Part shown: positions 37,880 through 51,522 of the stretch, piece by piece | Position numbering within the stretch: the stretch's first letter is position 1 | How the letters are laid out: the number at the start of each line of letters is the position of its first letter | Assembly: GCA_028534125.1 (NCBI GenBank) | Contig: CM052818.1 | Span: 26,476,001-26,540,000 of the forward strand | DNA length: 64,000 nucleotides | DNA from: Lama glama | Lineage: Eukaryota | Reading direction: 5' to 3' | Position numbers and translations under genes: made by a program | The notes under the pieces: generated by a model | Databases searched by the model: none | The model's input: the letters and a program-made list of their open reading frames with translations, nothing else | What the model was told of the DNA's origin: nothing

Positions 37880-39680
37880 CTAGATTCAGCAATTGTTAAC
37901 ATTTTTCTTTTTACCCTGTTATCTGAATTTCTGTTGAACCATTTCCAAATGAGACACAGACATCATGACACTTTACTATTATATATTTTAGCTCACTTCT
38001 CCTGAGAATAAGCTCTCATACGTAACCAAGATATCACTAAAATACTAAAGAAAACTGGCAAAAAAAAATTCCCTAGTATCACATAATATCCAGCCCCTAT
38101 TCAGCTTCACCCAGTTGTCCACAAACGTCTTTACTCCGTTTTATTTTGACAGTTGTCAAAGAGCAAGTTGAAAGAATTTTACAGTGCACTCATAAACTCA
38201 CCACCCAGATGGTGCAATTAATTTTTTACTATTCTTGTTTTACTGTGTGTTTTTACATTTCTCCATATACATTCTTTATCCATCAATCAATATTATTTTT
38301 GATGTAGTTCAAAGTAAAGTATGTCAGTAGTTTACCCTTAAATATTGTGTATGCAGATTATCAGGTAGAGCTCAATATTTGTTTATAACTATTTCTTTTG
38401 GTGGAAAATTTACATACAATAAAATGCACAAATACTACATTACATTTGCTGAGTTTCAACAAATACATCTGTATAACCCAAGTCCATATCAAGAAATAGA
38501 ACATTACCAGGAATTTCTTTCATGATCCTTCCCAGTCACTCCCTTCCCCCACGCCCCACTCTCAGAGGCAAGCACTCTTCTGATGTTTTTCACCATGGAT
38601 TCATTTTGCCCATTCTAGAATGTTACATAAATAGAATCATGCAGTTTGTACTCTTTGGTGTTAGCTTCTGTCACTCAAAATGAGTGACATTTGAGACCCA
38701 TGCATGTTGTTGCATGAATCAGTAGTTCATTCCTTTTATTGCTGAGAAATATTCCTCTGGATTGTTTCTAAGGTTTGGCTATTATAAATACAACTTCTAT
38801 AAAAATCCTTGTACAAATGCTTTTGTGAACATATGTTTTCACTTCTCTTGGATGAATACCTAGAAGAGGAATTGCTGGGTCCTACAGTAGGTATATGTTT
38901 AGTTTTATAAGAAAGTTCCAGACCTTTTTCCATGTACCATCTTACATTCCCACCAACAAACAAGATTTCCAGTCGCTGTGTTTTCCCTTTTTTTCATTTC
39001 TGCTCTTATTTTTAAAATTCCTTCCTTCTACTTACTTTGGGTTTACTTCACTCTTCTTTTTCCATGCCTTTTAAAGTGGATTCTTATTATTAATTTTGAC
39101 CTTTCTATTCTAACGGAAGGATTTCAAACTATGAGTTTCTCTATGAGCATCACTTTAGCTGCTTTCTACAACTTTCGATAGATTGTACTTTTGTTTGCTT
39201 TTAGTTTAAAATATTTTCTAATTTGTGATTTATTTTACCCATAATTGTTTATAACTGTTTTGTTTAACTTCCAAAATGTTGGGGACTTCCTAGATATCTT
39301 ATTATTATTGATTTATAATTTAATGACATTATGATCAGAGAATATACTCTGCATAATTTCAGTCTTATTTGAATTATTGAGGCTTATTTTATGACTCAAC
39401 ATATGGTCGGTCTATCTTGATAAGCATACCATTTACATTTGAAAAGAGTGTTTATTTTTCAATATTGGAGTATAATGTATATAATGTTTTATAAATATCA
39501 ATTAGGTAAAGATGGTTGATAGTCTTGTTTTGATCCCCTATGTCTTTACTAATTCTCTTTGTCTTATTTTCCTATTAATTGCTGAGAGAGCAGTCTTTAG
39601 TCTCCAACTATGATTTTAGAATCATCTGTTTTACCTTCTTTCTTTCAGTTTTTACTTCATACATTTTGAAGCTCCAGAAT
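37880..39680 (-). mobile_element. Composite of old L1 fragments (3'UTR, ORF2 end, EN region)
   Basis: gaatacctagaagaggaattgctggg, taccatcttacattcccaccaacaa, tgatcagagaatatactctg and agtctccaactatgatt. Confidence 0.75.
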
Positions 39681-39699
39681 GCATTTTACAACTTTTCTT

Positions 39700-39970
39700 T
39701 TTCAAAATAGATATAGTCAAGTATTCTTATCAAAATGTCTAACCAGAATCTTATCAAGCCTTTAGACCTATTTAAGTTCCCATCCTGAGGAGGAAAAAGT
39801 TAAATAATAATATGAGGAAACTATCAGGCACATCCAGAATAAGGGACAGTCTACACAAGATAACTGGCCAGTTCTCTTCAAAATGCTAATGTTAATGTCA
39901 TAAAAAGGGAGCGATTAGGAGCACTGTCCTCCCTAATTAAGAATTAGATATATCAACTAAACACAATGCT
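39700..39970 (+). mobile_element. L1MC4/5-like 3'UTR fragment
   Basis: agaatcttatcaagcctttagacct...catccagaataagggacagtctacacaagataactggcc. Confidence 0.6.
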
Positions 39971-40317
39971 CTCTTTTAAACAGTTGATCTTTTTGCATAA
40001 ACAACGAAGACGACATAGTGTTATACATGTTCCACTTTGAATATTAGGAAACAATCAGATTACATAGTGCTGAGTGCACAATGATGACAAGGCTTGTTGA
40101 AGGCAAAGAGATCAACCCAATCTAAGAGTCCTTCTGTAGCTTGCCTGATAGGTCTGTAGCATCAGGGTATAGTGGAACTTTGTCTGATGGTGCTGGAGAT
40201 AAAAGAATTCTCACTCTACCCATCCATACCATAATTGTGTCTCCATCAGAAACCACCATAAAGGAAAGCGAAGTTGTTCACATAAGCTGCTTCTAGTTTG
40301 GTTTCTGTCATGTATAC

Positions 40318-40745
40318 TGTACTGTGCTGTCCACAGTCCCACTTCAGGAATGGAGAATTGGTTCCCCACCTGCTGGGAAGATTGTCAGATGACAGCTCCC
40401 TATGGAGAGGCCTTCTTGGGAAGTGCCTCAACAGAAGAAAGCCATGTCACCTAAAAGTCACTGCCCCTTCCTAGGGCAGGCTGTATTCACTGACTGGTCA
40501 ACCTAATTGGAGCCTGCTCCCCTCATTCCAAGTTGGCACAACTCCAAAGGACCATGCCAGCCTCAGAGCTTCCTAGGGGGTTGGCTGAGCCCTGATTAGA
40601 CGGAACCGCAGCCAATCTCTCCTTCTGACACATCCTCCTTGTTCCATTCCTTCTCACTTCCTGATCCCAAGAATACTCCCTAGTACCCCTCCTGTGTGCT
40701 GATTTCCTTGTCAGAGTTGGTCTCCTGGAGAATCCAACCTGGTAA
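40318..40745 (+). mobile_element. ERVL solo LTR (LTR16C-like)
   Basis: agccatgtcacctaaaagtcactgccccttcc, acaactccaaaggaccatgccagcctcagagcttcc, tgatcccaagaatactccct and tcagagttggtctcctggagaatccaacct. Confidence 0.75.
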
Positions 40746-43424
40746 GTTTACACAGCCAGTTACCATTAAAGAGCTCACAGTGCTCTCATTGGTATTTCTT
40801 TAGAAACCAAACTTACTCAGATTTTGAAAAAGGAGAAGTCAAAGCATAAAATTTCTGTGATTTTCTTGATTATTCATAGTGCCAGTATTGTGCAAAGGCA
40901 GTGTGCCAAGGCATGCTCAAAAGCCACATAAGAATGCTGCCAAGTTTTCTTCCCTGTATAAAATTTATTTTTGCTGCAACAGAGTAAAACTCACCGTTCC
41001 AGCTATGTGTACCAGATGGAATGTTAAGATTCATGGGTTTGCAGAGTAGGGTGCAGAGTAGGGAATAACAAGTTTAGAACAAGTGTTATGAAGCACAGTA
41101 TTCAAAGAAAGATAGTGTGTTTACTGGAAATGTGATCTCCTCTCCTCATGCATATATATGAGAACATTGGCAGGACAGTAAATCTACTGAAACAGCAACA
41201 CCATGTGAAGGGTGACAGTGACAATTGCAGTAACTGTGGATGGTTTCAGAGATGCTACAAAAAAAGTGGTTTTACAGCAGGATTAGTTATATGGATGTTT
41301 CTGCTGTGCAGTTTAATGTTTGGAGATTTGCCATCAAAACCTCCAGCTTTCAAAAGTCAGCACTGAATGCAAAAAAATTTAGACTCCTGAGCTGGGGATT
41401 AGAGCCCAGGAAATAAGCCCCCCCACCGAGAGTTCTATTGGCACCCATTAGTTAAAATATAAGAATAGATATAATTTTTATTATCCCAAATTGAGAAGCT
41501 TGTGCTGTTTAATAATATTCGGCATATTGGCATTTGGAGCCTGTTATACACAGGATTGCTAATCAGAAGAGAATTTAAAGGAGGGAGCAGGCATTTACTT
41601 AAGAAGCCATACCAGCATTTTGATGTCCCTGATCTGTTCGGCATAAAGCTGTGGGCCCACAGAGTGAATAAAAACATGGCAGTTCATTTTTTCAGTGCCT
41701 ACAGTGCCTTTCTATTTTCTTTTCTCTGTGAGTTTGTTGGCACATTTCTTCCAGCAGAGCCTATCAGCTCAGTACACAAAGGCCTCTTTGTACTCCTAAA
41801 AGTGAAGTATTGATAAGCTCAAAGGAATCAGATGAGACAGGTTTCTGGTTCTTTCAAGCATCAGTGAGGTTCACTTTTCAAAAGGTCTGTGGCTGGGGCT
41901 CCAGGTCACATGTGAACTACTGTATTCCATGACTTATTGGCAAATCTGCAACTGTTTCACACAGAATAAAGCCAAAAGTCTGCTCTCCAACATCAAGATT
42001 GGTTGCGGTAATGACCCTAAATTCATCACATAACCACACAGCCCTTTAAGTTATGCAAGCTAGTAAAAAGTCACAAAATTCACTTACAGCTTGTTATTTA
42101 AAACGAAAGAAATATTTTAACTATGAAGCCAAAAGTTGAGGAGAGTTTTAAATCTCAATAATGTCTTATCTACAGCACCTCCTGATTATTCTTCTCCCAA
42201 CAGGCTGGTCATTTTCATTAATGCAGCTGGCAGCTCTAACTTTGCCTGGAAGGGACTATAACCCAGAGCAGCCAACCAGAACTTGAAATTCTCTGGCTTT
42301 TGTCACTTGCAGTTAGCATCGTAGCCTTTTCTAAATTTGAGATAGTGAATCATATGAAACAGGGATCTGACTGCAAAGCTTCGTCAAGTTTGTGCAGGGG
42401 TGCAACCAACAACACATTGGATTGTAGAGGTCAACAATGTGAACATTTCAGAGCCTCCTCCTGGTTCAACACTAACAAAAGGAAATGACATTGTGAACTA
42501 GGGTTGCTTTGCAGGACAGAACACAGATGTGTTCACTAGCATTTTTTAGCTTCCTTTTCTAATGCTTCCAGTATAGTTTATGGATTCATAGCATAGGCAT
42601 ATGTCAACTTGTGGCTCTAAAGGATTAATTTCACTTTATCCAATATGTTGCTAAACCTCTCAGGGAATCCGTGGTCTAGTGTGATGGGCTGACATAGCAC
42701 TAATTGAACTCAGATTCTGTTCTTTTATGCTGTCACAATTCAACTGTTACGGAGTTGTTTGTGGGAATTCAGATAAGGTTATTTAGTGAAAGGAAAATGA
42801 CAAGTAAGACATCCTTTAGCTATCCTTAATCCCAGCCAATTCCTTACCCTTTACAACCTACAGGTTATCGAGATCTAAAGACCCTAGTTCAGTCCAGCAG
42901 CTGGCATCTCCTCTCTCCCCACTGCTGTAGCCTTCATTCAGATCTCTTCAGTTTTCCCCAGGGCCCTTACAGCAACCTCCTACCTGGTCTCTCATTTGCC
43001 AGAGTCTCTCTGCCCTGAAACCAGTGTTCCTTCTAATCTGATCATGTCACTCCCTTCCTAGAATAGAAAAAAAAAATGTGGCTTTATGGGAATGCAAAGA
43101 AGTTCTGGCTTCATAATATGATTTGAATGGATAAATTCACCAGTCTACAACCTTATCCTCAGATCCATAAGCTCAGAAGCTCAAGTGGTATCTCAGCAGT
43201 GAATGCACATTAACTAATCCCACAAGATTCATGTAAGAACCAAAACTGTCAGCATATTAATTTTCATTGAAACGTGACTGCTAGACAAGCTCTAATCCTC
43301 GTTTTGGCCTGAGCTGCATACTCCTCCCTCAGAAGCAGAGTTACATGAAAAGCCATTTTATATAATAAGGTTCTTTATGGCCCTGGAGTTTTCTCAGGAG
43401 AGTAAGTTGTTAAGCCATTTGGAG

Positions 43425-43525
43425 CCTTAAGAGGATGATGGTTCTGGCTGTGGCCCCCAGGCTGATCCATGTCCCTTAAGAGGATGATGGTTCTGGCTGT
43501 GGCCCCCAGGCTGATCCGTGTCCCT
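43425..43525. repeat. 49-bp tandem duplication (1 mismatch)
   Basis: ccttaagaggatgatggttctggctgtggcccccaggctgatcc[a/g]tgtc at 43425-43473 and 43474-43522. Confidence 0.97.
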
Positions 43526-43954
43526 GCAGGTATGTGCACCACATCCAGGGAGCTCTCTCCCATGACTCTGCTTAATTGGCTTCTACTTTCTACAGTCCAA
43601 GTTGACCAGTCATTTTCTGTTGGCACAAAGCAGAGGATTAAGTTCCCACATTATGCACAGAATTCACGCCATCTCCTAGATATTGTTTCTCCCTTGGAAT
43701 TCTGGGAGATACTCTGGAACTCTTCAAAAACAAACTCATTGATGGGCCCAACTGATTCTTTCTGCCTTCTCTCAATAACTGCAGACATTCCATCTGTGTC
43801 TTCTCAGAGAACAGCTTTATTTCCAACATCTTTGGGGTCTCTTCTTGTCACCCTTTAAAACCTGGCTCCACACTGTCTCATCTCCAGGGGCTCCCACAAA
43901 TTGCATTCTCTCCAGACATACCAAACTCTTCACCCTTCTCCTTTAATGCCAGAG

Positions 43955-44200
43955 TGGTAGGCTTCTCAGGCTACAAGCCACAGAAACTGTTTCTGGATAA
44001 CTTAAGGAGAGAAGGGTTTTACTAGGGTATACGGGGTAGCTTAGAGGATCAAGAAAATCCAGTTGCAGAAAGGATAGAAATTGGGGCAGAGGTGAAAACC
44101 TGGGTGGCCCATCTCTCCAGAGAGACCCCATGAGGAAGAATCAGCTTCCTGTCCTGCTCACATCCCCCACTTTAGCTGGGGGAAGGCAGATCCCCAACAC
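43955..44200 (-). mobile_element. Old MLT1-type LTR fragment
   Basis: ggctacaagccacagaaactgtttctggataacttaag...ggggtagcttagaggatc. Confidence 0.5.
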
Positions 44201-44803
44201 AGTTTAGAATGAGAAGGATAATTTCTCAAAAGAAAGACAGGGTCCCAGAACTAAATATCACAGTGAAGAACGTGGGAGCAGGGGTGATTGAGAGTGAATA
44301 AACTAGGGAACTAAAATGTGGAGTTGGACCTAAAGACCCAGAGAGCAGAAATGCACAGGTGCACAGGTAGCTTGAAGGTCCAAAGAGGAAATGTCCACGG
44401 AGGTAACACACGGTATGGAAAGGAAAAAGGAGACATGAGAAGAGGGAAAAGAAGGAACATTTTAGTCTATGTAAGTGGTTCATGGAAATCTTACATGTGG
44501 TAGGAAAAGTGTAAGACTGAATAATATGTACATACTTAATTAAAAATTGGAAAATTGAGTGAATTTCAAAAAATAGAATCTTACACAAATTGAAGAAATT
44601 AATATTTGCAGGTGTATTTGAAGTCCCAGCTTTTCAAAAGGGGCTTCACAACACAAAATTCTGGCCTGGCTACTCCTCCCACACTAGCTCTCCATGCTTC
44701 AGCAATAGTGCTTATTTTTTATTCCCTCAAACACTAGCTCCCTCCGACCTCAGAATCTTTCTTTGCGCATGAGGTTTCTTACGCTAAAGTCTTCTTCACC
44801 TCC

Positions 44804-44848
44804 TGTGTTAATCAGTGTTCCCCAGAGAACAGAACCAATGGGGTACTA

Positions 44849-44879
<31 letters not shown>

Positions 44880-45274
44880 AGAGATTTATTTTTATTTATT
44901 TTAAGGAATTAGCTAATCTTGATTTTGGGGGCTGGCAAACCCAAAATCCAAGGGCAGGCCAGCAGTCTGGAAGCTTAAGCAAGAGTTGATGTTGCAGTCT
45001 CGAGTCAAAAGGCTGGAAACCCGGGAAGAATTTCTACAGTGCAGTCTAGAGGCAAAATGTTAATCCCTTCCTCTTTGGGAGAACTCAATCTTTGTTTTAG
45101 AAGTCTTCAGTTGATGAATGAGGCCCACTCACGATATGGAGGGTAATTTGCTTGAATCAAAATCTACTGATTTAAAAGTTAACCACAACTAAAATTAACC
45201 TTCATAATATCTAGATTGGCCTTTGACCAAACACCTGGGCCTAGTCAAGTTGACACATAAACGTAACTATCACA
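44804..45274 (-). mobile_element. MLT2 (ERVL) solo LTR, MLT2D-like, nested in an L2 remnant
   Basis: tgtgttaatcagtgttccccagagaacagaaccaat...gcctagtcaagttgacacataaacgtaactatcaca, with internal (CT)n. 5-bp near-TSD cctcc/cttcc. Confidence 0.88.
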
Positions 45275-48149
45275 CTTCCTCTTCCTGTCCCCGTACCCAC
45301 CCACACCTCCACCAGCCTTCATTAATGCCACCTCTTTAATGTCTCAAACCTCAGCTCCCCAAGGAAGACTTCTTCAACCTCATCTTACAGGAACACTCTC
45401 TGAGCTCTCTGGACCTTTCCTTCCTGGCACTTTCCACAGCCAGTGGTTACTATGTGAGTGTTATAGGGGCAAAGTGGTATATAAAACTGTGTAAATGTAA
45501 GCTCCATGAAGTTAGTTTTTTTCCTTATCACCCTGCCCCTAGCACCAAGCATAATGCCTCCACATCATAGCCACTCCATACAATTCCATTGAGTAATTCA
45601 GGAAAATGGTACTGAGGTTTGTGATCATGCACATTTATTAAGTTTCAAAGATTAAAACAGCTGCAGACGTCAGCAGAAGCCTTTGCTTGCTCCCTAATTT
45701 TATCCCAACTTCCCACAAGGAACATCATATAAAATGTTTTTCCAGAAGTTTAATGCAAGGTGCCTCATGGGACTTGTGCCCAGCCTGACAGGTAAATGTG
45801 CTCTAGTTTTCTCTTTCCTTTTACTCCTAATCCCAAGAATAGTAAAGTTAAGAAGGGTCATTTTGGATACCAGGGGTCTTCCTGAGATGAGCAGTCCTCA
45901 TTGGGATTGATAGGCCGAGATTCCATAGATCGAAGCACTCAAGAAAATACCTTCAACCATGTGCAGTGGAGACCACTTGGAATATTCTCCATTCTTAAAC
46001 AGCTATGAATAATTGCAATATTCATAAATGATTATACATTAGCAGACTAAGCAAGAGCTCTGCAGTCAAATTAATTCATTAACTTTTTCCAGGACAGTGA
46101 TCTTACAGGTTGAGATCCAGGAAGACTGAATTGATGTATCCATAAATGTAAATCAAAAACTTAATAAGACGCCTTCCTAAGCAACATACCACCAGCTTTC
46201 TTTTGCTCATGATGATTTACTTTGATGAGACAAAGGACACTATGAAAAAGAAATGAACAAGCAAATATGGATGTATCATATAGTTGGAAAATCTTTTATC
46301 CCTTTTGGTATCTTCCACGTACCCTGCAGCCCCTCCTTGACTTTCTCAAGACAAGATTTTCCAGCCTCCCCAGTTTCTCTTCCTGTTTTTTTTTCCCCAA
46401 CTTTTCCTCCAGATTTTTAGATAATGAGAAGGCAAGATAGTAATTCTAGACATGATATTTGAAAGATTACATCTGAAAACTTATTTTGGAATTGCCTTCA
46501 ATAATGTAAGGCTTAATATACACTATAACAGTCATTTGAAAACAAAGGTACATCAGACATAGATGAGACAATGAACAAAATATATGTACAGACATGGATG
46601 CTAGAGTAATTTTTCAATGTGATATGAGATGCCTAAGCAATAAAAGCTATCTTTGTTCTTACAGTCCAGCTGGGATGGGCCAGAGCAGGGGTCTGGGAGT
46701 GCTGGAAATCCAAAGCTGTATGTGAGAATATTCTTCACATGCACACAGATTGATTTCTAAACTCAAGAATGTCTAGGTCAGTGAAATTGGACATGACAAA
46801 CTTCTTGGGGAGTTAGGGGGTGGTGACTCGTCAAGACTAAGAGAATGTTTAGAGCAAGAGGTCAGAAGGGAGCTAGAGGTGAAAGTGCAGAGCTGGAAGG
46901 AAGGAGAGCATCAGACAAAGTAAGAGGTCAAGAACAGGACAAGGGACTCTGGGGATGGTCCTTACACACCAGTCTGCAGAGGAAAAGGAGCATTGCTAGG
47001 CGGTTCAGAGAGGTATGAGTCAAAAACTCAGATGTGGAAGGTCTTGATTGCCAAGGGCTAAGAGGAAGTCTAATGAGCAACAGCAAATCAGCTCAGGGAA
47101 TAATAGAAGCTGCTGTTGGGGAAGTCAACAGTGGAATTACTGAAAGATTCTTTACTCTGTCTACTATTAGTTTTTGACTCAAAAAAAAACTGATAAAAAC
47201 AAAAACAAAAATGCTTTAGAAGCAGTCCCTGACTCAGGACCACAGTGAACCAATAAAAAAAAAATTGTGGGTTTAGCCAGCAGTGGTGTACAGACTACAG
47301 CTTGTGGAAGTGGGATGTGTTCTGGTAAAACAAATATTTACCAGGAAATGATTTGTGTTTATTTTCAAGGGCAATTACATATTTTATGGGTGCTTTCAAG
47401 GGGTTCAGATTATCTTCATTTGAAACATGATGGTGATGAACTGTATCTAAAGGTTTACCCAAGTGATTTCTAAATGCAGGCATGTCAAGTGAACAACCAT
47501 TTGAAAGAAACTCACCCTGGAGGGTTTGCATGGCATCATAGATTTGAACACTTCTTCAAGAGCCTTCAGAACAATAAACCATGATGGTCTAATGCAAACC
47601 AGAAATTCACAAGCACAGGCTTTCTGCAGTTTACACACACTCCATTCGTAGCTGAAAAGCTAGCATTTCAAAAGCCAGGGTGGATAGTTCCAATTGGAAA
47701 AGCCTGGGTTCTGGACAGCAAAAGGAAAAGAGGTGGTGGGTTGTACAGCAAAAATGACATTGCAAAGACAATTAAAGGAATTGGATGAGACAATATGAAT
47801 AAAAAAACAATTGATATTTAAGTTCCTCTTGCCCAGATGTGAAAATCAGATTTCTTTCATTAAATTTTGGATTAGAAAGATGAGAAATCAGCAAAGCACA
47901 GTCAGAGCTAAAATTGGAATTTCCTCGTCTAGGGTTCACTCCCAAAGAGGTTGAAATAACCAAAAAGGCATTTTTTTTTTCATAGAATCATCGACCTAGA
48001 CAGATCACTTGCTTTCTCAGGAGAAAAATCAAATTTTATTTCCCGAAAGGATGGTAGATACTGTTTCAATCATTTAATATGTTCATAAGAGCTATACTTC
48101 AGGTACTTAGAGTGTGTTTCCATGCAGAATATATGCATATTTAATTACA

Positions 48150-48355
48150 ATGAATGATACTGAATGCTCACTACATGGGACACACGTGCTTTCCATGTAT
48201 ATTCTAATCCTCCCAACTACCCAGTGAGGGTGTTACTCCTATTATCTGCATTTTACAAAATGGGACACTGAAGCAACGTTGTCAAGGGTAACCTCTGAAT
48301 ATGGCAGAGCTGGGATTTGAACAGAGACAGTCTAATTCTCTGCTTCACCACTGTG
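48150..48355 (-). mobile_element. MIR
   Basis: ctgaatgctcactacat...cattttacaaaatgggacactgaagc...ggcagagctgggatttgaac. Confidence 0.7.
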
Positions 48356-48770
48356 ATAGGTGTCTTTGAGAGTTTCAAAATAGCTTCTTTGTAAAGCTAA
48401 TGAAAGTAGTATCTCAGAAAGAGAAATTCCCTATACCAGCTGTCAAGTAGAGTGTCAAAGATTTTTTGACTAGCTGTGCACCCTGAATTCCGTCTAGTTA
48501 CCCTGAAGAGCTAAAATAAGTAGAAAGTTTGAGAAGACACAAAATGACAAATTGCTAAATTGTTCATCTGCATCAAATTATCCCAAAGTTTATTTTTTCA
48601 ATTATCTGATGATGCTTTAGGTCTGGCCTCATGTAGACCACGTAAGGATAGGTGAGCATACCTTGGTCACAGTGATGGTTGATTAACTTCTCCACCTTTA
48701 CCCCAATCTCCTCTAAAGTCCTTTGGTTCAGTCAGACCAAAGCTTTTAACAGAAGGTAAGGCCACCAGTT

Positions 48771-49526
48771 TTGTTAGTTTCTGGTATACAACCAAGTGAC
48801 ATATATATATGATATCATATATGTATATTCTTTTTAGATGTTTTTCCATTATAGTTTATTACAAGATTTTGAATATAGTTCCCTGTACTATATAGTAGGA
48901 CCTTGTTGTTTATATATTTTACATATAGTAGTTTGTATCTGCTAATCTGAAACTCCTAATTTATCCTTCTCCCACTCTTTCCCCTTTGGTAACTGTAAGT
49001 TTGTTTTCTATGTTGATGAGTCCCTTTTGTAAATAAGTTCATTTGTATCATTTTATTTTAGATTCCACATATAAATGATATCATATACTTGTCTTTCTCT
49101 GTCTGACTTACTTCACTTAGTATGACAATCTCTAGGTCTGTCCATGTTGCTACAAATGGCATTATTTCATTCTCTTTTTATGGCTGAGTAGTATTGCATT
49201 TTATATATAACTATACCACATCTTTACCCAGTCATCTGTTGATAGACATTTAGGTTGCTTCCAGGTCTTGGCTATTGCAAATAGTGCTGCTATGAATATT
49301 TGGGTGAATGTATCTTTTTGAATTAGAGTTTTTGTCTTTTCCAGATATATGCCCAGGAGTGGGATTGCTGGATCATATGATAATTCTGTTTTTAGTTTTT
49401 AAGGAACCTCCACACTGTTCTCCATAATGGCTGTACCAATTTACATTCCCACCAACAGTGTAGGAGGGTTCACTTTTCTCCACATCCTCTCTAGCCTTTA
49501 TAATTTGTAAACTTTTGATGGTGGCC
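48771..49526 (-). mobile_element. Younger L1 3' end
   Basis: Same family as 26125, 51523 and 57275. The minus-strand ORF contains [17 protein letters not shown], an alternative frame of the ORF2 end. Confidence 0.9.
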
Positions 49527-49687
49527 CACTCTTTTCTTAATGACAAATATCCATCAATGTCAAAAGCTAGGAAGAACAATTAGATACTTATTCATTAGGA
49601 TCCTGTTTGTATTTCCTTTACCAATTACTTAAAGGAGCTGTACCTTTTAAATGCATTAACATCCATAAACTTTTAAGCTTGCTAGTC

Positions 49688-49821
49688 TATTCCTTCTCAT
49701 ATTAGGTACCTTAACTCAAGTAACACCTTCAAGTATCAGCTCAAATAATCAAGTTATATTCCTTCTCATATTACCTTAACTCAAGTAACACCTTCAAGTA
49801 TCAGCTCAAATAATCAAGTTA
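49688..49821. repeat. 69/65-bp tandem duplication
   Basis: tattccttctcatatta(ggta)ccttaactcaagtaacaccttcaagtatcagctcaaataatcaagtta twice, identical except for a 4-bp indel. Confidence 0.97.
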
Positions 49822-51522
49822 CTGATTTTCCCTAAACTGTCAAATTATTTTCACAACAAAACGATGAACAGTTCTGGTGTGAAAGTGAGTCTACTCACGA
49901 CCTCTCTGCTTTTTGAAAAGAGTTTTTGTAGCAATGCAAAATGAAAAGTCCGGGAGTAATAAACATTTGAAAAAGGAGAGAGAATTCATGTTAACTTGAA
50001 TGTATCAGCTAATATTTCAGAAGTGCAGTAGACAGGGCTTCTGGCCAGCCAAGGGAAATCTCCTCTGTTGCCGACAAAACTTCATCCTGTCAGAGAGAAT
50101 CAGGCCTAGAATTGGGGAAAAAAATCATTCTTTAGGAAATAAATTCTTAGTATTTTCCATGTGGGGGAAAAAAAGCCCATTTCTGTGTTTAAAATTCAGT
50201 GAAAAAGCCGACAAGTACAAAGCTTGTCAATCTATCAAAATGCCAAAATCCATCATTTTAGACTCATGAAACTACACACATCACTTTGAGCTTCTTGGCT
50301 TTGCACTGCCCAGCAGGGTCCAATTGATCTTGGTCCAGAAAATTAACAATGATGTAAATGTAAATATTCCTATAAATCAACAGCAAATGGAATTGTCTTT
50401 TCTCCCTACAGCCAGGACTCATCCATTTTTCCAAGGTTCTAAGACAACCTTAGAACAGAACTGTGATTCATACTTGAGTTCCCTTCTCTACGTAAACTTG
50501 ATTTAAAATAATTATGTGTTTGCTGCTTTAAACAAAACTAATACATAAAGACAATTATTTACAAGAATAATTTCCTGTAGGTATGATAGTTTACAGTATA
50601 AGATAAGAAGTATCTCTAGCATACATTTATAAAATTGTACATAAATTGTAACAAGTTTGTCTGATCTGATCACGCATCTCCTCCTACTCTTAGAAAATTA
50701 TAAATTCCAAAATATAACCAAAACTGTTTTTTTTAATAAATGGCTGATCTCAAAAGAGAGTTACAGAAATGAAGTTACTAAGCTCTATAGTGATAAGAAT
50801 GCAAGCTGAGGGTCTCAGTGGCCGAGAGGGTATCCTGGCTGGGACTGGAGTTTCAATGTCAACCCAGAAACATAAGACATTTTTTTTTAATCTCATGATA
50901 ATTCATATAAAAAGAAGAAAAAGTCTCAAACCTTTGACTTAGGTGAATATGGGCATGAAATTTACACTACCTATGTGATAAGGAAATAGCATACTGAGAA
51001 ATTAACAACAGCAACAACAGCAACAAGAACAAAAAAATACAGGTCCTGGACCATTGAAACTCTGGGGCTCCCAAGAGAAACAAATACAAAATATCCTGTA
51101 GAGAAATGTCCACAATCCAAGGCACAGGAAACCCATGTAAAACTACTGCACTGAAGACAAGCTTACAATGAATAACACTTGGAAATTATTTGCACTGAGG
51201 GAAAACCAACAGACTTAACAAACAGGGTCAAATTAAGAATCCTAGAACTAGACAACAGAAATAGACAAGAGAACAATCTGAAACAGACATAAAATAGCAG
51301 CATTAAAAAGATTATAGAAGGCAATAAAATTAGAAAGGAGCAACTAAAAGATAGAGGAAAATATGCATTTGGAAATTTAAAAACATGCTTCTAAATCATT
51401 CATAATCAATGAAGACATCATGCTGGAAATTTTAATATTTGGAACTGAATGACAATAAAAACGTAACATGAAATCTCAGAAGTAGCCAAAGTATTCTTCA
51501 AAAAGAAAGGTATATGCCTTTA

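Noticed and set aside
43469..43858. 129-aa ORF starting in the tandem duplication
   Set aside because: No domain similarity or exon signals, and composition fits chance.
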